Assembly (NCBI GenBank): GCA_013812505.1
Contig: JACCTH010000043.1
Span: forward strand, 3,008-67,007
Origin: Acidimicrobiia bacterium
Lineage (GTDB): Bacteria > Actinomycetota > Acidimicrobiia > Spongiisociales > ZC4RG35
Direction of reading: 5' to 3'
DNA length: 64,000 nucleotides
Shown: piece after piece, positions 61,803-64,000 of the stretch
How positions within the stretch are numbered: position 1 is the stretch's first letter
Layout of the letters: the number at the start of each line of letters is the position of its first letter
The notes under the pieces: generated by a model
Databases searched by the model: none
What the model was told of the DNA's origin: nothing
The model's input: only the letters and a program-made list of their open reading frames with translations
Translations under genes and position numbers: made by a program

Positions 61803-62891
61803 ATGGTCCGACGGTTGCTGACGAGCTTGGTGCTCGCTGGCCTCGTGGCCTGCTCGCAGTCAGCGAAGCTTCCGCCGTTGCTCGTTCAAGCCGAAGGGCT
61901 GCTGGCAGTCGATCAAGACGGAGGCCAGGTCGAGCTGCTGTCGGGGGAAGCCGGACCAGTGGCCTCCCAACCGAGCTGGGCCCCGGACTCGACCTTCGCG
62001 GTTTGGACCGAGTTCGACGCCACCGAGAACGTCGCCCGGATTGCGATGGGGAACGGCGAAAGCCAGCGCCGGGTCGACGGCAGCACGATCCCGTTCTTCT
62101 ACGGCTTCAGCCCCGATGGCAAAACTCTCGCGTATCTCGGCAACGACCCTGCCGGGGGTGGGGTTGCTCTGGGTTTGCTTGACGTGGCCTCATCGACGCC
62201 TCGTTTGGTCGACGTCGGCCAACCGTTCTACTTCGATTGGTCAGCGGACAGCACTCAGTTGCTGGTTCACGCCAACCAGTCGGATACCTACCTGCTCGAC
62301 CTGGACGGAGGATCGCAGCCGCTCGACATCGCCCCCGGGGTCTACCAGGCGCCGCTGTTCCTCGACGACGGCCGCGTGTTGGTGGTTGAAAACCGCTCGC
62401 TCGTCGCGGTCGATCACGGCTCCGAGGACAGGGAGGTGATCGCCGATATTGGTGGGTTCAGCTTGTTCACGGCAGCGGGCGACAGGGTGGCGTTCACCTC
62501 GAACGATGCGTACGCGGCTGGACCTCTTGCGGTCAGCACCGTCGGCGATGACAACCAAACCCTCATCACCGACCAACCGGTGATCGCTTTCGAGTGGTCA
62601 CCAAACGGTGAGCTCCTTTACTACCTCTCCCTCTCGCCTGACGGCCTGATCCCGGCGATCTGGGACGGGAACGACTCGGTCGAATTCGAAGTCACGCTCC
62701 CCTCCACCGTCTATCTCCAGAGCTACCTGCCATTTTGGGATCAATACAGCCGCTTCCACACTCTCTGGAAGGCCGACTCGAGTGGGTTTTTCTTGCCTCG
62801 GGCCGGAGACGAGATAGCCCTCTACTCAGTTGGCGGCGAGGAGGCCACCGTCGTCGCGGAAGGAGCCATGGCTCTTTCCGCACCCGGTTGA
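61803..62891 (+). CDS. Lipoprotein with PD40/TolB-like beta-propeller repeats
   Basis: Lipobox LAGLVACS. Repeated W(S/A)PD..., FSPDGKTLAY and WSPNGELLYY motifs. Confidence 0.68.
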   Translation: MVRRLLTSLVLAGLVACSQSAKLPPLLVQAEGLLAVDQDGGQVELLSGEAGPVASQPSWAPDSTFAVWTEFDATENVARIAMGNGESQRRVDGSTIPFFYGFSPDGKTLAYLGNDPAGGGVALGLLDVASSTPRLVDVGQPFYFDWSADSTQLLVHANQSDTYLLDLDGGSQPLDIAPGVYQAPLFLDDGRVLVVENRSLVAVDHGSEDREVIADIGGFSLFTAAGDRVAFTSNDAYAAGPLAVSTVGDDNQTLITDQPVIAFEWSPNGELLYYLSLSPDGLIPAIWDGNDSVEFEVTLPSTVYLQSYLPFWDQYSRFHTLWKADSSGFFLPRAGDEIALYSVGGEEATVVAEGAMALSAPG

Positions 62892-62909
62892 CGGGGTACA
62901 TTCTTCCGG

Positions 62910-64000
62910 GTGCAGCCGCTCACCGCCCATCGTCTCTGGGAGCTTCCCCGAGTCGGAGCCCCGGCCGTGGCGGGCGCCGGCCGGCTCGTCGTCCCGGTTA
63001 CTACCAATGACGTTGCTGCCAACGAAGGCAAGAGCCGCCTCTGGCTGATCGGTGATCGTGTAAAACGACCGCTGACCCCGGAGGAGCTCAACGCCAGCAA
63101 ACCGGTCGTCTCCCCCGATCGCCAGCAGATCGCCTTCATCGCCCCCGTCGATGGTCAGAAACAACTCCACTTGCTCGGGCTCGAAGGTGACGAACCCGTA
63201 GCAGTAACCGATCTTCCTCTAGGAACCCTGGGGGCGAAATGGCTCCCCAACGGACAAGGCCTCGTCATTCTGGCGTATCTCTTCAACGGTCATCTGACTC
63301 CGGAGGAGACGAGTGAGGAAATGAAGCGGCGAACGGAGGCGAAATTCGTCGTCCATGCCACCGAGCTCGCCACCTATAGATATTGGGACACCTGGCTGAC
63401 CACCGGTGAGGTGCCCCACCTGTTTCTTTTTGATATCGAAACCTCTGAGCTCACCGACCTCATGCCCAAAGCCACCCGCTGGTGGGCCTGGCCGAGCACC
63501 GACGACCCCTGGGACTGCTTTGACATCTCTCCCGATTCGAGGTTTGTGGCCTTCTCCGCCGACGCCTCGCTTCCTCCCCATCGCCAGTTGCGACACTCGA
63601 TCTTCGAGATTGAGATCGAATCGGGAACCGAAACCGAGCTGACTCCGGAGGCGCCCGCGCACGCCACCCGTCCCCGCTACTCGCCAGGCGGCGACGCCCT
63701 GCTTTATGGTCAGCAGCTTCTGGCGGGCTTCTATGGCGACCGGGTGCGGTTGGTGATCCATCCCCGCGCAACCGACCTGCATCGGGTCATCACCGAGGAC
63801 CTCGACCGGTCGGCCGAAGGCTGGGAGTTCGACGGCCACGGCGACATCGTCTTCTTCGCTGAAGACCAGGCGCGGACCACGCTGTATCGGCTCACCGAAA
63901 GGGGGCCCTATCCCCTGACAACTGGCGGGACGCTGGCCTCGCCAGTGATCGACGACCACGGAACCGTCTTCCTGCTCCGGCACTCGCTTCAGCAGCCGCC
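62910..64000 (+). CDS. Beta-propeller (PD40-type) protein, probably the N-terminal half of an S9-family peptidase (3' end outside the window)
   Basis: Not in the ORF track because it is open-ended. My translation from GTG 62910 is VQPLTAHRLWELPRVGAP...VSPDRQQIAFIAP...ISPDSRFVAFSAD...RYSPGGDALLY. The catalytic domain is not visible, so the S9 assignment is an inference. Confidence 0.55.
   Translation, partial: MQPLTAHRLWELPRVGAPAVAGAGRLVVPVTTNDVAANEGKSRLWLIGDRVKRPLTPEELNASKPVVSPDRQQIAFIAPVDGQKQLHLLGLEGDEPVAVTDLPLGTLGAKWLPNGQGLVILAYLFNGHLTPEETSEEMKRRTEAKFVVHATELATYRYWDTWLTTGEVPHLFLFDIETSELTDLMPKATRWWAWPSTDDPWDCFDISPDSRFVAFSADASLPPHRQLRHSIFEIEIESGTETELTPEAPAHATRPRYSPGGDALLYGQQLLAGFYGDRVRLVIHPRATDLHRVITEDLDRSAEGWEFDGHGDIVFFAEDQARTTLYRLTERGPYPLTTGGTLASPVIDDHGTVFLLRHSLQQP

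Overview
High-GC window (hand counts of a few 60-nt lines give about 65-67% GC in typical genes). It looks like an Actinomycetota chromosome: AdnAB-type helicase-nuclease pair, InhA-like FabI, DUF222-HNH gene, Thr/Pro-rich secreted linkers. It is densely coding, with about 55 CDS. GTG starts are frequent, and many genes are chained by 1-4 nt start/stop overlaps. I recognised no rRNA, tRNA or CRISPR array. Left part: recG (partial), rpmB, a Ddl/MurF-like/hydrolase operon, a GAF histidine kinase, fabI, fadD, a Cas4-like nuclease plus adnA/adnB, dtd and plsB. Middle: a five-gene regulator/ABC-2 exporter operon behind a twin-palindrome operator, a CC-x-EP-tail radical SAM gene, aceE, and a translationally coupled cNMP signalling cassette (receiver-TrxR-like flavoprotein, cNMP-binding histidine kinase, class III cyclase-STAND-TPR, degenerate HD-GYP with a mucin-like tail). 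Then come CoxG/XdhC/MogA accessory genes. Right part: a 12-kb, eight-gene overlapping operon combining an ABC ATPase/permease with MoxR, DUF58 and two double-TM-anchored VWA proteins; then nfu-like, ATP-grasp and pfkA genes; then a lower-GC islet (DUF222-HNH gene, IS30 transposase relic, secreted metzincin) leading into lipoprotein, beta-propeller and peptidase genes. The least explained sequence lies in two long AT-enriched non-coding gaps, 9704-10601 and 30335-30774. They contain promoter-plus-terminator bounded candidate small RNAs, clustered C(UUCG)G hairpins, a shared poly-C/poly-G hairpin family and phased AAATT boxes. All protein calls rest on motif recognition by eye, and no database search was possible.
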